Below are positions 62,303-64,000 of a DNA stretch of 64,000 nucleotides, in pieces. The DNA is from Chiloscyllium plagiosum (taxonomy: Eukaryota). The stretch covers positions 9,158,037-9,222,036 of the forward strand of contig NC_057719.1 in NCBI RefSeq assembly GCF_004010195.1, read 5' to 3'. The notes beneath the pieces were generated by a model. The model saw only the letters and a program-made list of their open reading frames with translations, was not told the origin of the DNA and ran no database searches. The position numbers and the translations under genes are program-made. How positions within the stretch are numbered: position 1 is the stretch's first letter; the number at the start of each line of letters is the position of its first letter.

Positions 62303-62980
62303 TGGTGCGGCTGCTCAGCAGTCAACACTGTTGCCAGACAGCCCCAGGGACTTGGGCTTGATCCCAGCCTCAGGTGACTGTCTGTGTGGAATTTGCACAT
62401 TCTTCCTGTGCCTGGGTGCTCCTGTTTCCACCCACAGTCCAAAGATATGCAGGTCAGGTGGATTGGCCATGCTAAATTGTCAGCAGTTCTCCAGCTTCCT
62501 CATTTCCCCTCCCCCCACCTTATCTCAGTCCCAACCCCCGGATTCAGCACCGCCCTTTGACCTGCAATCTTCTTCCTGACCTCTCCGCCCCCACCCCCTC
62601 TCCAGCCTATTACCCTCACCCTCACCTCCTTCCACCTATCATATTCCCAGCACCCCTCCCCCAAATTCCCACCCCCTATCCTTTATCTCAGCCCACTTGG
62701 CACACCAGCCTCATTCCTGAAGAAGGGCTTATGCCCGAAACGTCGATTCTCTTGCACCTCGGATGCTGCCTGGCCTGCTGTGTTTTTCCAGCACCACATT
62801 TTTCGACTCTGGTCTCCAGCATTTACAGTCCTCACTTTCTCCTAAATTGTCGGCAGTGTCCTGGGATGTGCAGGGTAGGTCGATTAGCTATTGGAAATGC
62901 AGGCTTATGGGGATAGGGTAATGGGGATGATCTGGGTGGGATGTTCTTTAGAAGTTGTGTAAACCTGATAGGCCAAATGG
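62303..62980 (+). mobile_element. HE1-related SINE split by a PLE insertion
   Basis: Breaks after ggccatgctaaattgtc and resumes at 62842. Confidence 0.8.
62488..62841 (+). mobile_element. PLE 3' end with intact hammerhead core and 16-bp TSD
   Basis: CTGAAGA-A-GGGC-TTAT-GCCC-GAAAC-GTC at 62717-62744; ctaaattgtc(a/g)gcagt at 62472-62487 and 62842-62857. Confidence 0.88.
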
Positions 62981-63182
62981 CATACAAATCAGTAACGCTG
63001 TGCTTTTTTTTCTCTTAAGTCTCCATTACAAGTTTCTTTCTGCTCTGTGCTGTGCTGATGGTAGAATAGTTGTCACTTACATAATAATCACAACCACCTT
63101 CACATTCTATTTATACTATGGCATTCTCTCCAGCAGACACTGAAATGTCCTGAGGAATCATCTCCCTGCTCTCCAGTTTCCA

Positions 63183-63492
63183 GGGCGGCACAGTGGCTAG
63201 CACTGCTGCCTCACAGCGCCAGAAATCCAGGTTCAATTCCTTCCTCAGGCGACTGACTGTGTGGAGTTTGCACATTCTCCCCGTGTCTGCGTGGGTTTCC
63301 TCCGGGTGCTCCCGTTTCTTCCCACAGTCCAAAGATGTGCAGGTTAGGTAAATTGGCCATGCTAAATTGCCCATAGTGTTAGGTGAAGGGGTAAATGTGG
63401 GGGAATGGGTCTGGGTGGCATGCGCTTCGCTGGGTCGGTGTGGACTTGTTGGGCCGAAGGGCCTGTTTCCACACTGTAAGTAATCTAATCTA
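63183..63492 (+). mobile_element. Young full-length HE1 V-SINE
   Basis: A/B boxes, CpGs retained, (TAATC)n tail. Confidence 0.93.
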
Positions 63493-64000
63493 AAACAGTA
63501 AACGCTAAGAGCAGTGAGGTTTAGTGGTGGGGGAATTAGCAGAGCAGCAATCAAAGAGGGAAGTTATTCACAGACACAGTAACAAAGAGATGTCAGCTGA
63601 TCTCAGTTCAATCTGATGGTAAGGAACCTTCATGGCTAAATAACCAGGTCTTGCGTCTGAACCTTCTGATATGAACCAGCCTGGAGGAGACGATTGGATT
63701 TATTTTCAAAGAGAAGAGGGAAAACATGTCAAAGATATTGATCTACGAAGACATGTTTCAGGCATAACAGCATTTTCAGATCCTAAATAATTCTTATGTT
63801 CTTATTCCTAATCCACTTCACTCAACAAGCCAATACCTGGTTAATAGTTGCAGCTGAGCATGATTAGAAACTACAAGAAGCTGACATAATGTTTTCTCAA
63901 AAGGGTCAATAGGATGTATTTCTTATCTATAAATAGCCAAATATTCTTGTTATAAATTGAACAGAAGCTGCACCTAGAAGAGATTGGATTTTACATTCTA

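Overview
This is non-coding vertebrate DNA, most likely from an elasmobranch (shark), judged from the HE1-type V-SINEs and HER1/CR1-type LINE fragments. I find no intact protein-coding gene, tRNA/rRNA gene or CRISPR array; every recognisable ORF is a decayed retroelement piece (CR1 endonuclease/RT, Rex1/Babar, L2, Penelope). The window is a mosaic of about 25 HE1 SINE copies, about 25 CR1 fragments, Deu-domain SINE relics, a second CR1-group LINE/SINE pair, a clean solo LTR with a 5-bp TSD and a 37-bp L2-derived minisatellite beside an assembly gap. AT-rich unique blocks between them look like conserved enhancers; one has a near-perfect RFX X-box. The most notable signal is about 20 short Penelope-like-element (PLE) derivatives from at least 4 sequence families. 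They carry a minimal hammerhead-ribozyme core (CTGANGA-A-stem II-GAAA-CG/GC-TH), are often fold-back palindromes, and many sit in 10-17 bp target-site duplications. Coordinates were read by eye and ends of old repeats are approximate. Family names come from recalled consensus sequences, not a database search.
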